64,000 nt of DNA from Callorhinchus milii (Eukaryota): contig NW_024704743.1 of assembly GCF_018977255.1 (NCBI RefSeq), forward strand, positions 110,610,001 to 110,674,000. Reading direction: 5' to 3'. This document shows positions 26,241 to 38,170 of this stretch, piece by piece (position 1 is the first letter of the stretch; each line of letters starts with the position of its first letter). The notes under the pieces are model-generated. The model searched no databases, was not told where the DNA came from, and was given only the letters and a program-made list of their open reading frames with translations. Both the position numbers and the translations under genes were made by a program.

Positions 26241-29200
26241 GAATTAGTTACCAAAGGCAAGATGAAACACAAAGCAACTTATTTGTTTTACCAGTTTCCA
26301 AAGTCAGCCAATGTGAGGACCAATTTATTATTGTTTTGTTTTTTGGAGAGATTATTATTAGGCGTGTGGAGTAAGGAAACTTGCCCAAGGTTTTGCCCTG
26401 TTTGGAATTGAACTCAGGTCTCTCGCTTGCAAAATGAGTGCTCTAACTGCTGAGCTACAGGTCTCTACTTATTCATTACACATTTTTAATTGGTTGTTAA
26501 GATCGATTCATATGGTGAAGGTCCTGGGGCCTAACCAATCTCTTCCTTCCGGATGACCCACCTTACCTTCCTTCCAATGCAGCACCAAACCAGTTTTACT
26601 GAACGTAAGTGGATCCTTTATGGTACCAGAATTTGATACTTACAGCATTCAATAAAGACAATGAATTAGTGCACCTACAACAGCATATGTCAAGCTAAAG
26701 CAACTGGACAGCGCACACAAACAATAACTGCATATTACAAGATCAGTTGGGATGAAGAACGCTCTTCAATCCATTTAAGATTGACCTTCCTGAATACCAA
26801 CCACACTGTCCTCCCATCACAGCATCAAGCTGCTTTTTAAATGAGTGTCCTGGCCTCAACTACCGTTCCTTGCATTTATATAACACCCTTCACATGGGGT
26901 AACATCCCAGTTGCAGGCCACTCCTGCACCCACAATTTGATGCCGTGTTCACTTACAAAATACAGTCGATACACCTGACAGTATATCCTGCAAAGTGCTT
27001 TGAGATGTCTTCTGATGTGAAAGGCACAATATCAAGTGTAAGGATTATTATTATTAGATTCCACTGGCTATTGCTCGACATCCAAGTAGTTTTTTTTTTG
27101 GCCATCTTTAAAGGAATCAAACAGGAAGTTTTTACCTCAAATTAGCAAGCATTCAACGAACACCTCTTCTTCATCCAGCCTCAGAGCAAGTAGATTTAAT
27201 GAGGGAGCATGTCCCATTCAAACAACAACAGCTCACAATCCGGTCTCCACCTTTCCCCAAGCACACACAGTTCACACAGAAAAGAAAATTCAGTCACATC
27301 GAAGTGCAAGTACGTTTCATTTTCCCACGTTCTCTTCGATAAAATATGCAACATAATCATTCTTAGACTGGGTATTTAAATTAATATTGACAAACTGATT
27401 TCTTCCAGAATAATGTGTAAGAGAGAAAGGAAAAGATTTACTTTTTCTAACAGAGCTTTTGTCAACAATTAATATCACAGCCCTGACTGAACACTAATAA
27501 GAATCTCAGGGCTGCTAGGAGGATTAAAAAAAATACAAAGGTCATCAGTGAAATAAATAAGTCTGGCAATCGTCCCACGAGAACCACCCTATTTTGGCTT
27601 TCAGGGTTAACAGGAGCTAAGCTTTCCAGTTGTGTGAATTCCAGATTTAAGTTCACATGTGGACAAGCGATATGGACAGTTTAAAACAATGTCATTTGTA
27701 AACAATGTCTCTTAAAATGGTGACATGATAAAATCGTAAAATGGTACATCTGAAAAAGGGGAGAACAAAATGTTTGTACCTGAGGCTGAGAAACAAATTA
27801 CATTCTGTCCATAAAACGTTCTGTACACAAAAACCTAGGAATGAGTTAAACAGTCACTTGTTTTTGCTTATTATAATAATTGCTACAGACTTTTTTTAAA
27901 TTAATATCTCAATTCTTACACAATAATGCTCTCTGGGGAAGAAGCTTCCTCTCAGTGGAGAAACAATTACTCAGAACTTGGCTGCAATGAGAACTCACCG
28001 CACCACATGTATCATTGTTGTGTGACTCTGAAGTACACAGACCAAGTTACTCAATGACGAGTCAGGGTTGGGTTCTGGAAATGTTTGATGTTTTGGGGAT
28101 TGCTAAGAAACTAACAGGCGTTTTAAGCTGCTCCTTTGATAAATGGCACCGATTCACAATAATCTTTCATTTAATAGTGTCTTATATTAGCCAGACGCCT
28201 CAAAGCGCTTCACAGGATTTTGCTGTCAAGTGTAGGAAAACACTACAGCAAATTTGCTCACAGCAATGAAGTGACTTATTGTACGATATAACCTCTGCCT
28301 GCATAATGAGCATGCTTTAATGTTACAGCTACTTGGGAAAAACACTGCTATACTAAAGTTGGCACTTGAGTGGAAAAATGAGGCAGAAAAGTTATTAAAA
28401 TTATTTAGAATTATAATCATTATAGTTCACCTACAATACAGTCACTACACTTTACAGTACATCCTGTGAAGTGCTGTGAGATATCACAAAGATGTGATAA
28501 GATGCTACATCAAATACAAGGATTATTATTATCCCTTCCATATTTCTGCAACTTACAGTGGTTGGAAACATCATTGGTCTGTTCTAAATACTGCTAAATA
28601 TAGTAATATATGAATTAACAGGGGGATGATACAGCACACTTGTCAAATGCAGTAAACACTGGCTTTAGTGCTTGAAGAAATGCAGGCAGGTCAGAGTTGG
28701 ATGGAAGAGTTGAGTCAGCACTGCAATAAAAACACTGGAAATCTTCCATCAAACTTGTACGAACCTGCCTCATATTGTGTATGTGAACCTAGTCCCTGTC
28801 TAATTTCATCCCTGACTCCCAGCTAGCATTTGCAGCCAGCCTTTTTGCCTTTGGGCTATACTGTGTTAAGATGTAACATTGTTTTTATTTATTGGCCGTA
28901 AATAAGAATCAATTTGACTAAAACTAGTCCGTGCCAGAATTCTTCTTCGGATTGACACACTGGCACTCGAGCCCAGGAAAGTGGAGGATTGTTATCGTCG
29001 GGGTGCAGACACACAGCAAAACCCACGACACAGGACATCAGCTGGGAAACCATTGCAGAGAAACAGAAAAGATTGGAAAATAGAATCATTCATCAGGCAC
29101 TGCTCAAGAGAGGGAAAGTACAACCAAAGACAAGTGTGAAGCTCTATAAATTTCACCCAATCAATGCACCTCAATCTATATCCTAGTTTTGATACTGTAT

Positions 29201-31093
29201 CTGCTTATATTTTTCAGCAAGGCCTGAAATGTGGACTCAAATAGATTAGGAATTGGGTCACGATTTCCATAATCATTGCACAAAGGGAACTTACAGCCAG
29301 GAAACAGCATTTTGATTCAATGAGATTCAGCAGCATTTGAATATGGGTTTCAGAGGTAGTAGGGGAGTGATCTAAACTAACTCTGAAACATGGCAATCTC
29401 CTCGGAATTTGCTTTTTCACATCTGTAGGTCATCCTCGCATAGCTGCTCCAACTTGTCTTTGTCCTGTTACTTTTTCCTCCTCAATGTTTTACACCTCGG
29501 AAGTTCCTCCTACTCGCCCACTCCCAGATCGTCTCTAGACCTTCATCTTTTCCCTCTCCACTGCCCTCAGCCTCCACTCTCAGCTCGGGATACCAAGGGA
29601 GGATTGTCAAGCTACCTCCTCCCCACGCGAAGGGCTCTATACAAATGTAAATTTGTATAAATTGTTATTATATGTAAAATCATCTGCACCTTCTAGTTTG
29701 TGAAATCGAGTCTGACTGCCACATCCCACCCAAAGACGTAGAGTTGGAAATGGCTGCCATTTTCTCAGCTCTTTTTGGGAGGGGAATTTTGCCAACTTGG
29801 GATTTGCACACCACAAGTGCCACAAATCAGCAGTTACAATTAATTTTAAAAATTCCTCTCGACAATTGAATAGTGCTAAGAAATTATTACCTCTGGAAAA
29901 CCAATCCAACAATCGACTAACAACTTGGTTCCTACTTACCAGGTAAACAGAGGCATGTGAATTAAGGAAACTTGCCCAACATTTAGCCCTGCTGAGAAGT
30001 GAGTCGACATCTATTGCTTGCAAGACGAGTGTTCCAACCACTGAGCTATAGGACTCCATTATCAGGCTGGTACATATTCCCTCACTCTCATAACTTCAGA
30101 GCCATCTAATCACCACATTTGAAAATATCCTTCACTGCACTGATAAAATCTCCATTTAAAACTGCTATGCTAGCTGTTTGCCTTTCCCTTGAACGTTTTT
30201 AAATTTCCTGGAATATTTAATTCCTGATCTTGTACCGGCAAAAGCCAAGTCTGATAGCACTACACTATTATATTGTGACTGAGCCCACATTTCATTGTGC
30301 ATTCACACATACTGTACTTCAAACAGTAACTCAGTTTGTTTGTGTTTTCCCTCATCTTCATTTGGTTTGTTTCCAGCCTTATGTCAAGTATTGTACTTTA
30401 GGGTTTCCTACCACTATTGGCATCACATTTGCAAAATACCTTCTTTTCAAAACTGTCTAGTTAATAACATTGGCAGATTTAATCACATACATTTTTACAG
30501 AATGGTAGGAGCCTATTCATTCCATTGAGTCCTCATCAGTTCTCAGAACAAGGTGTTCATTCAATCTCATTGCCCTGTCCCCATAGCCCTTCAAGTCTTT
30601 ATCCTTCATCTAGAAAACCTGTTGTGCCCTCGTACTGGGAGTCAACATTGGGTGGGTTTAAAACCAACTACCTCTTCACCCCAAACTAGCTGTGATAGTT
30701 TACAGAGAGAGATAAAGGCAACAGTAGGAATGCAAGTGACCAACTTCTGCCCTGTTCAAATTTCAGTTAGTAATTACATGACGGGTCATCAAACACCATA
30801 TTCCAAAGCAATTAGAGTGAGGTTTTCAGGACCTACAAAAAAACTTTTGAAAATTGAGCAATTGTATCATATTCACCACCACATCTCATTTCAACTCAAT
30901 CCACCCACTCCACACACCAAGAAGGAGGACCAGATTTCTCTTGTTCAAGACACCACTTTAATAAAGATGTGGGCGATGTGCATGGTGGTTATACAAAATA
31001 CAAAGGGAACGTTCACTAGAAAATAAAAGAAGCAAAAGTGCAGGGAGCTCACTGAACTGAGCCCATCCTTCCCTTCTCCTCGTTTCCGGGTCT

Positions 31094-34000
31094 TCAAGCA
31101 TCTTTCTCATAGGTTCTTGTGCAGACCACATCTCCCATGGTCAACGTCTGAGTTAAGAAATAAGACAAAGGGGAATAAACTGGGTGTGTGCCACTATTCT
31201 TTCAAAAATATATCAAATCCAAAGATGATCTCAAAGTCAGTTGTAACAAATGGGTTTATATAAACTTGTTTTACATAAGTCACGGTACTCAGTATCGCGC
31301 GATACAACCACTGGGTGGGGAGAGCCTCTTACCAGTATTAGTTTGCCATCCTTCATTTCTCGAACAAGAGTTGTCTCTTTATCATCCCATCTCTGCACTT
31401 GGACCATTTTGTTATTATCGATGGTGACTGTAGTCTGTTGGGAATTTATAGAAAAATATTATTTTTAAACTCAACATCAACAGAACTGATGTTGATTCTA
31501 CTTCCTCTCCTCAAGACCTTGACCATATTAGTTGTTCATGCTAGGTCTCGGAGCCAGTGTGGAGCCCTTGTTTTTTTTCCCCCCCATTCTTAAATCGCTT
31601 TTAAACCAATGGCTCTGACCAGGTCTGCTTTCTTGTATCTCAGTAACATTGCCCGCTTCTTCATGTCAAACACAGCTGCAATCACCATCTCACATTTAGT
31701 GACCGTGAGTCTCAACTTTTTCAAACGCCTGCTCACCAGCCTCCGTAGTTCCAGACATCCACAACTCCACAGTGCACATCCTGCTAGCCCATCCGTATCC
31801 AGCTCCTCTGGCTGCCCATCCCCAAGCAAATTACACGTTAACATCCCTGCCTTTACCTTTGAATGTCTCCCCAACCTTGACCCATCATAACTATGATTTC
31901 CTGTGACCCCACCCTCAGTCTCTCTGCCAATTCCGGACGGATTCATTATCCCCCACCCACTCTGCCCAATCAACAGGCAAGCCTTCAGTCACTTTACCCC
32001 ACCTTTTTGGAATCGCTCAGCCTCATCCCTTGCCCACACGTTGAAACTCAACTTTAACTGTGCCTTCGCCCACCTCCCACTACCTACCCCAGCTTAAGAT
32101 CCCTTTCAGCCTTTGTAAAGCATTTGGAATCATTTTCACTGCATGAAAGGCGCGAGATAATAATATAATAATCCTTGCATTTGATATAGCGCTTTTCACG
32201 TCGGGAGGACGTCCCAAAGCGCTTCACAGAACACACTGTAAAGTGAATTGACTGTATATTTGTGGGCGAACGCGGCAGCCAATTGCACACAGCAATGTCC
32301 CACAAACAGTCGTAGATTGAAAATGACCAATTTTTATTATTATTTTTGGTTTTGGAGGGATTATTATTAGGCGTGTGGATTAAGGAAATTTGCCCAAGGT
32401 TTCGCCTTGCCTGGAACTGAACTCAGGTCTCTCGCTTGCAAAGCGAGTGCTCTAACCACTGAGCTACAAGACTCCACATAATACAAATTATTTAGACTCA
32501 GTCCTTCAGACAAGTCATTAATCCAAGACATTAATCCAAGATTCCGTCTGTCTGTTCAGGTGGACTTAAAGATCCCATGACACTATTCAAAAATAAAGAG
32601 TTTTGAGGAGTTTGAGACAACAACTTGCATTTACATAGCAACCTTCACGTGAGGAGCGTTTCAGACCGCTTAACAATGGTGGAACCTGTTGCTGATCTGG
32701 TGAGGAAGGGAGATGACCATAGGAACAGTCGAAGAGGTATGATCGGAAAATAGGGAAGGAGGAGACAAGGAGTTGGTATCGAGGAAGTTAGTTCCATAGT
32801 TTGGAGGCATAGTAGCTGAAGGCACGGCCATTGATGGTGAGTGGAGGGGACAAGGGACGAGCAGAAGGCCGGAGCCAGCTGAGCGAAGGCGGTAGTGGAG
32901 TGCAATGGAAGCAGATTGGAGAGATAGGGAGGAGCCAGGGCATCTAGTGATTTATAAATGAGTGTGAGGATCTTGAAATTGATCTATTCTGTGATAGGAA
33001 GCCAGATTGGAGTCTAGCAAGGACTGGGATGATGGAGGTATGGAAATTATGGGCAGCAGAGTTTTGGATCAGTTGGATTTTGGGCATAGTGGAACCAGGG
33101 ATACTATGAGGAGAGCATTGGAATAATCTAGGTGGGAGGTGATAAATACGTGGATAAATGTTCAGCTGTATTGGGTGTGAGGTATGGTTGGAGGAGAGCA
33201 ATGTAACGGAGTTGGAGGACAATGGTTGTGGTCATGTGGAGTAGAAAGGACAGCCGGGGATCAAACCAATTATGCAATTGACTGCCACGTTTCGCCTACA
33301 AAATACAGTCATAACACTTTTCAGTATATTCTCTGAAGTGCTTTGAGACATCTTGAAGATGTGATAAGGTGCTATATCAAATGCAAGGATTATTGTATTA
33401 TTATATTCAACTGCAGAAAGTTTCCACTCATTCAAGCCTTAATGTCTGACACAACATCAGCAGACCTGGAGTCACAGCTGGAGGTAATAGATTTGTGGAA
33501 GTTAACCATGTGTCTGTCCGCCTAGTAAATAATTAGAGAGGATTTGGGAGACAGAGAGGTGAAAGAGGACTGGGAGGGAAACAATATATAATCCTTGCAT
33601 TTGACATTGCGCCTTATCACGACTTCGAGACATCTCAAAGAGCTTCACGGAATATACTGTAAAGTCAATTGACTATATTTTGTGGGCGAATCACACACAG
33701 CGGCATCCTACAAACAGTCATGGACTGAGTGACCAAATTATTATTCTTTTTAAAAAAATTTTTTGAAGGGATTTAATTACCCCCCCGAAAAGCAATACGC
33801 CAATCGACTAACAATCGAGTTCCTATTTTCTGCTAGGTGCGGAATAAGCAAAGTTTCCCAATGTTTCGCCCTGCCTGAGAATCGAACCCAGGTCCTCTTG
33901 CTTGCGAGGCGAGTGCTCTAACCACTACCCTACAGGACTCCACAGAAAGGAGAGAGATCCCAAACAACACTTAACCTGATGGGATTGCGATGGACTCACC

Positions 34001-36240
34001 TTGGTGTCTCTGCCATCTGCTGTCTTCTCAGAAAATTCCTCGCCAGGGTTGAAGTTGATTTCTGTATTTTTCATGGCGCTTTGAGTCTTCACAGTGACAG
34101 TGCCCCCATCTATACTGATGATAGTTGTGGGTTTGATCACTTTAGCCAAATTCCTTAAGGAAAAGTTCACTCCTGAGAGAAGGGAGAAGTGGAAAAATTA
34201 GAACTCTTGAATTAATTGGTAATAGTGACAATTGAACTTCAATTTACATCTCAAGTGCTGAACAAATAATAATCCATCCATTTGATATAGTGCCTTATCA
34301 CGTCGTTGAGACATCTCAAAGCACTTCACAGAACAACAAAATTACACTTGTATTGCGCCTTTCAAGTCAAAATTTTTTGGACCTGAGCTGGGGATCAGGA
34401 TCAGGGAGTGTGGAGTGGGAAGCAGGTCAAAGAGGGTCTTGAGATGGGTCTTGAAGGAGGCAAGGGAGGGGGGAGGCAGAGGGACTGCGGGATGGTGTTC
34501 CAGAGGGTGAGGGCAGAGTGGCAGAAGGCGAGTGAGGCAGGGGACATGAAGTAGGCTTGCTGAGCGGAGGGAGCAAGCAGGATATTAGGGAGTTAGGATG
34601 TCACAGAGATAGGGGGGGATCAAGACTATGAAGGGCTTCGAAGGTGAAGACCAGGATCTTGGACTGTATCCTCTGTGCGATGGGAAGCCAGTGGATTTGG
34701 GCAAGAATGGGGGTGATAGTCATGGAGGCTGGTGCGGGAGAGGACATGGGCTCCAGAGTTCGGGATGATCTGCCGCCTGTGGAGGGAGGAGTTGGGGAGG
34801 CCGACAAGCAATGAGTTTACATAGTTGAGCCTCGATGTAATGAAAGCATGAATGAAGGTTTTGGCGACCTGCGGTTCGAGACAGTGGTGGAGCCGGGCAA
34901 TATTGCGGAGTTGCGGGGGGGGGGGGGGACGGCAGAGGGGGTCATGGCACGGATATGGGTTAGAAAGGATAGTTGAGGGTCAAACAAGATGCAAAGGTTC
35001 GGGACTGGCTTAGTAAGGTGGAGTGTGCAACCATGGACGGTGATGCTGTCAGCGCCCGAGACATGGAGGCGCTGACGAGAGCCAATCAGAACACAATGTA
35101 AAGTGAATTTACTGTGCATTTTGTGGGCAAAAAAGCCGCAGCCAATAGTGTACGGAAGTGTCCGAACAAAGAGTTTTTTTTAAAAAAAATTTTAAATTAT
35201 TTTATTTTGAAAATTATTTTAAATAAGCTTTAAAAACGTGAAACCACTCGAATGAATGAATGAATAAATACATTGTTCCCTTTGTTCTTCATTTGCATTG
35301 ATAATTAGAGATGGTTTTATAATCCGGAAAAGAAATCTTAAGACTCCACCACAGGAGTTTGTTTCTGCTTCCAATTAAAACAACATATTGGGACCGCTAC
35401 AGTTTTAACATGTGTCCCAAGGCGCCAGGAGCAGAAAGAAATGCAGATTCTGTGCACAAAGCCCAGTGTTGTACCGAACCAGTGGTCGGTGCTCGATGCC
35501 GTCCCGAAAGGCAAGCGGCACCGACCTCTCGTGTGCACTGAAGCAGCAGCTTTCATGTTAAAAAGACTTTGGAGCACAGCACAGCAAAGCACAGGACAGC
35601 ACAGCAAAGCACAGGACAGCACAGCAAAGCACAGGACAGCACAGGACAGCAAAGCACAGGACAGGACAGCACAGGACAGCAAAGCACAGCACAGGACAGC
35701 AAAGCACAGCACAGGACAGCAAAGCACAGCACAGCACAGCACAGGACAGCAAAGCACAGCACAGGACAGCAAAGCACAGCACAGGACAGCAAAGCACAGC
35801 ACAGGACAGCAAAGCACAGGATAGTACAGGTCAGAATAACACAAGACAGGACAGGACAGCACAGCACAGGACAGCAAAGCACAGCACAGGACAGCAAAGC
35901 ACAGGATAGTACAGGTCAGAATAACACAAGACAGGACAGCACAGCAAAGCACAGGACAGCACAGGACAGCACAGGACAGGACAGCACAGGACAGCACAGC
36001 ACAGGACAGCAAAGCACAGGACAGCACAGCACAGCACAGGATAGTACAGTTCAGAATAACACAACACAAGACAGGACAGGACAGCACAGGCAGCAGAGCG
36101 GAGCAGCCCAGGGAAGGCTGACGATCTCCAGGAATCGAACAAAACATCAGAGGAGGGAATCACTCACCCACAGCCTTCATATAGTCGTCAAATTTGACGC
36201 TTTCGATTAATTTCCACTTCCCCACGAACTGCTCGACCAT
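31094..36240 (-). CDS. Fatty acid-binding protein, FABP3/4/5/7/PMP2 subfamily (paralogue B), 4 coding exons, 133 aa
   Basis: Exons 36168-36240 (73 nt), 34000-34172 (173), 31333-31434 (102), 31094-31147 (54 incl. TGA), all GT-AG, matching the canonical FABP exon sizes. Protein: [133 protein letters not shown]. GxW motif, GEEF/TADGR and the R106/R126/Y128 triad are intact. ATTAAA at 30957-30962 (-). Exact orthology not resolvable without a tree. Confidence 0.95.
31540..32155 (+). mobile_element. Old degenerate L2 3' fragment (FABP-B intron 2)
   Basis: [13 protein letters not shown] and PPFWN similarity to L2 ORF2. Confidence 0.65.
32158..32475 (-). mobile_element. Young SINE, full length (FABP-B intron 2)
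   Basis: As 701-1014. Confidence 0.92.
32615..33260 (-). mobile_element. Old degenerate L2 fragment
   Basis: [11 protein letters not shown] and an L2-type tail. Confidence 0.65.
33587..33940 (-). mobile_element. Older-subfamily SINE (FABP-B intron 2)
   Basis: Long variant with GAGAC-type tail. Confidence 0.85.
34333..35090 (-). mobile_element. L2 3' fragment (FABP-B intron 1)
   Basis: [26 protein letters not shown]. Confidence 0.88.
35573..36095. repeat. Pentamer-based satellite (GCACA/GGACA/GCAAA) in intron 1 of FABP-B
   Basis: Directly visible, with three higher-order GGATAGTACAGGTCAGAATAACACAA units. Confidence 0.95.
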
Positions 36241-36254
36241 CGTGTCCCGCGGTA

Positions 36255-36525
36255 TGTGCACTATTGTGCAGCGCAGCACAGTATTGCCCGGAACAGCACA
36301 GTACAGCCCAGTATAGTATTGCACAGCACAGTGCAGCCCAGCACAGTATTGCACAGTACAGTATTGCACAGCACACTATTGCCCAGTACAGCCCAGTATT
36401 GCCCAGTACAGCCCAGTATTGCCCAGCACACTATTGCCCAGTGCAGCCCAGTATTGCCCAGCACACTATTGCCCAGTGCAGCCCAGTATTGCCCAGCACA
36501 CTATAGCCCAGTATTGCCCAGCACA
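36255..36525. repeat. Tandem repeat (GCCCAGTATT/GCCCAGCACACTATT/GCCCAGTGCA) between the FABP-B promoter and ATG
   Basis: Directly visible; absent from the equivalent position in paralogue A. Confidence 0.93.
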
Positions 36526-36635
36526 GAGCCTGAACCACCTGCAGCACCAGGTTCACTTTGCAGCTGCCTCTGTGCCTCCGCACGGTTTTGAAGCTGCTGA
36601 CAGGCACCACGTGTGGAGATCACAGTCCAATCAGC
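36526..36635 (-). promoter_or_regulatory. Proximal promoter of FABP paralogue B
   Basis: Alignable with 43607-43715. Shared CCAAT (36627-36631), CACGTG E-box (36608-36613) and TATA-position CTTCAAAA. Confidence 0.7.
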
Positions 36636-37309
36636 CCAGACAGCCATCAGAGACCCAGAGAGAGCACAGCACCACCAGGGCTCCAGCACACAATCCCAGC
36701 TCAGCAAGTCCAACCCTCTCCAACCAATCCCAGGCCACTCAGGGTTAGGATCATGTGCAGTTGCAGCCCACAGCATTGACCTGCTTGACACCCCCCCCCA
36801 CCCCCACCCCAAGATAGACTTTCAACACTTACCTATTGCTATGCATAGATTAAAAGAAATAATTATCAACGTTCCTTCTTTGTCAGATTGTTGTCTGTAA
36901 TATTACATGTGAATGCACATGTTTTGGAATATGTTCAGCAACAGTTGCGTGTTACTGTATTGACTGGTGACAACTAAGGCTTGCAGACCGGCAGGTTATG
37001 GACATTAGGAGAAGAAGGAAAGGCAATTCAGCCCAATGGTGACTAATCTTTTAATCCCAATTCTCAGCCCTTGCCTTGGTTTGGATAAAAGTTGTGCTGC
37101 TGGCAGACTCAACTGGGACCTTCTGCGCTGCACCAGCCACCTTGAACACTGGGCCAACCGGTGGGGCGTGGTGATAAGTGACCCCAAATCATGGGTTTTG
37201 CACGACCCAAAGCAAGACATCAAGGAAATTGTTGAGTTGTTGAGATCAATAACTACTCTGGAGTTTTGCTTGATTACCGTTAAGGTATGAAAAGATTTAT
37301 CATGGAATC

Positions 37310-37740
37310 ACGAGATTGGTTCGGTTGATGAAGACCCTTCGGTCCATTAGATTGCATTCTTTCAGAATTCCCATCACAGCATCACGCTGTTTTTAAACGA
37401 GTCGAAGTCTGGCATCGACCACCCTTCTGGTATCTTGTTCCAGTTAACCACCCAGTAAGTAAAGAAATACTTCCTGGTTTCTGTCCTGAAATTGCGGTTT
37501 GCCCTTCTAAACCTATGCTCTACTGTCTTGGTGCATCTGAAAGTTTAGTTATGGGTTTAGCTTTTGAATCCCATTTAAAATGTTATAAATCTCTATAAGA
37601 TCTCATCTGAGACATCGCTTTTCAAGACTGAAGAGCTCTGTTTAATCTAATCATTGTGTGTAGTTTATTGCTCGAACACTGGGAATTATCCTCATTGCCT
37701 ATCTCTACACTGGCTCTAGGGTCTGGGCAGCCACCTAATG
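37310..37740 (-). mobile_element. Old CR1 3' fragment
   Basis: Degenerate similarity to the CR1 ORF2 C-terminus and 3'UTR; related pieces at 26740-26880 and 39560-39740. Confidence 0.55.
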
Positions 37741-37756
37741 TGATGGCAACCATGTA

Positions 37757-37857
37757 ACAAAGACAGAAGTCGCTGGGAACACTCAGCAGGTCAGGCAGCA
37801 TCTATGGAGAAAGGAAAGTGAGTCAACGTTTCAGGTCTACCACCCTTCGTCAGAACT
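37757..37857 (-). mobile_element. Penelope-type terminal repeat fragment containing a minimal hammerhead motif
   Basis: Minus strand AGTT-CTGACGA-AGGGTGGTAGACCT-GAAAC-GTT-GACT, followed by GATGCTGCCTGACCTGCTGAGT. Confidence 0.7.
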
Positions 37858-38152
37858 CAACCATCACATTGGCAACCATGTGATGGTTGATGGTACATTC
37901 TGTGAAGCGCTTTGTGAGGTCTCGAAGACATGATAAGGCGCTATATCAAATGCAAGGATTATTATTATAATAATTAATATTATTATGGCTGTTTGTGAGA
38001 CATTAGTATGTGCAAAATTGCTGCTGCATTCAGCTACAAATACACAGGTACGTCATTTTACAGTAGAACCTATGAAGCGCTTTAAGATGCCCTCCTGATG
38101 TGAAAGGCACAATGTCAAATACAAGGATTATTACTTTTGAAACAAAAACAAA

Positions 38153-38170
38153 TGCGCCCCCTAGAGGGCA
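38153..38170 (-). promoter_or_regulatory. Candidate CTCF site
   Basis: Minus strand reads TGCCCTCTAGGGGGCGCA, matching the CTCF core CCnCnAGRKGGCR. Motif evidence only. Confidence 0.55.

Noticed and set aside
1..31000. Additional FABP paralogues or pseudogenes
   Set aside because: No FABP-like exon sequence recognised by eye; a TBLASTN search would be needed to exclude very decayed remnants.
30553..31026. 157-aa + strand ORF
   Set aside because: Antisense to the FABP-B 3'UTR and flank; no protein similarity recognised.
35338..36210. Long Cys-rich (269 aa) and Gln/Ser/Thr-rich (213 aa) ORFs
   Set aside because: Artefacts of the pentamer satellite inside FABP-B intron 1.
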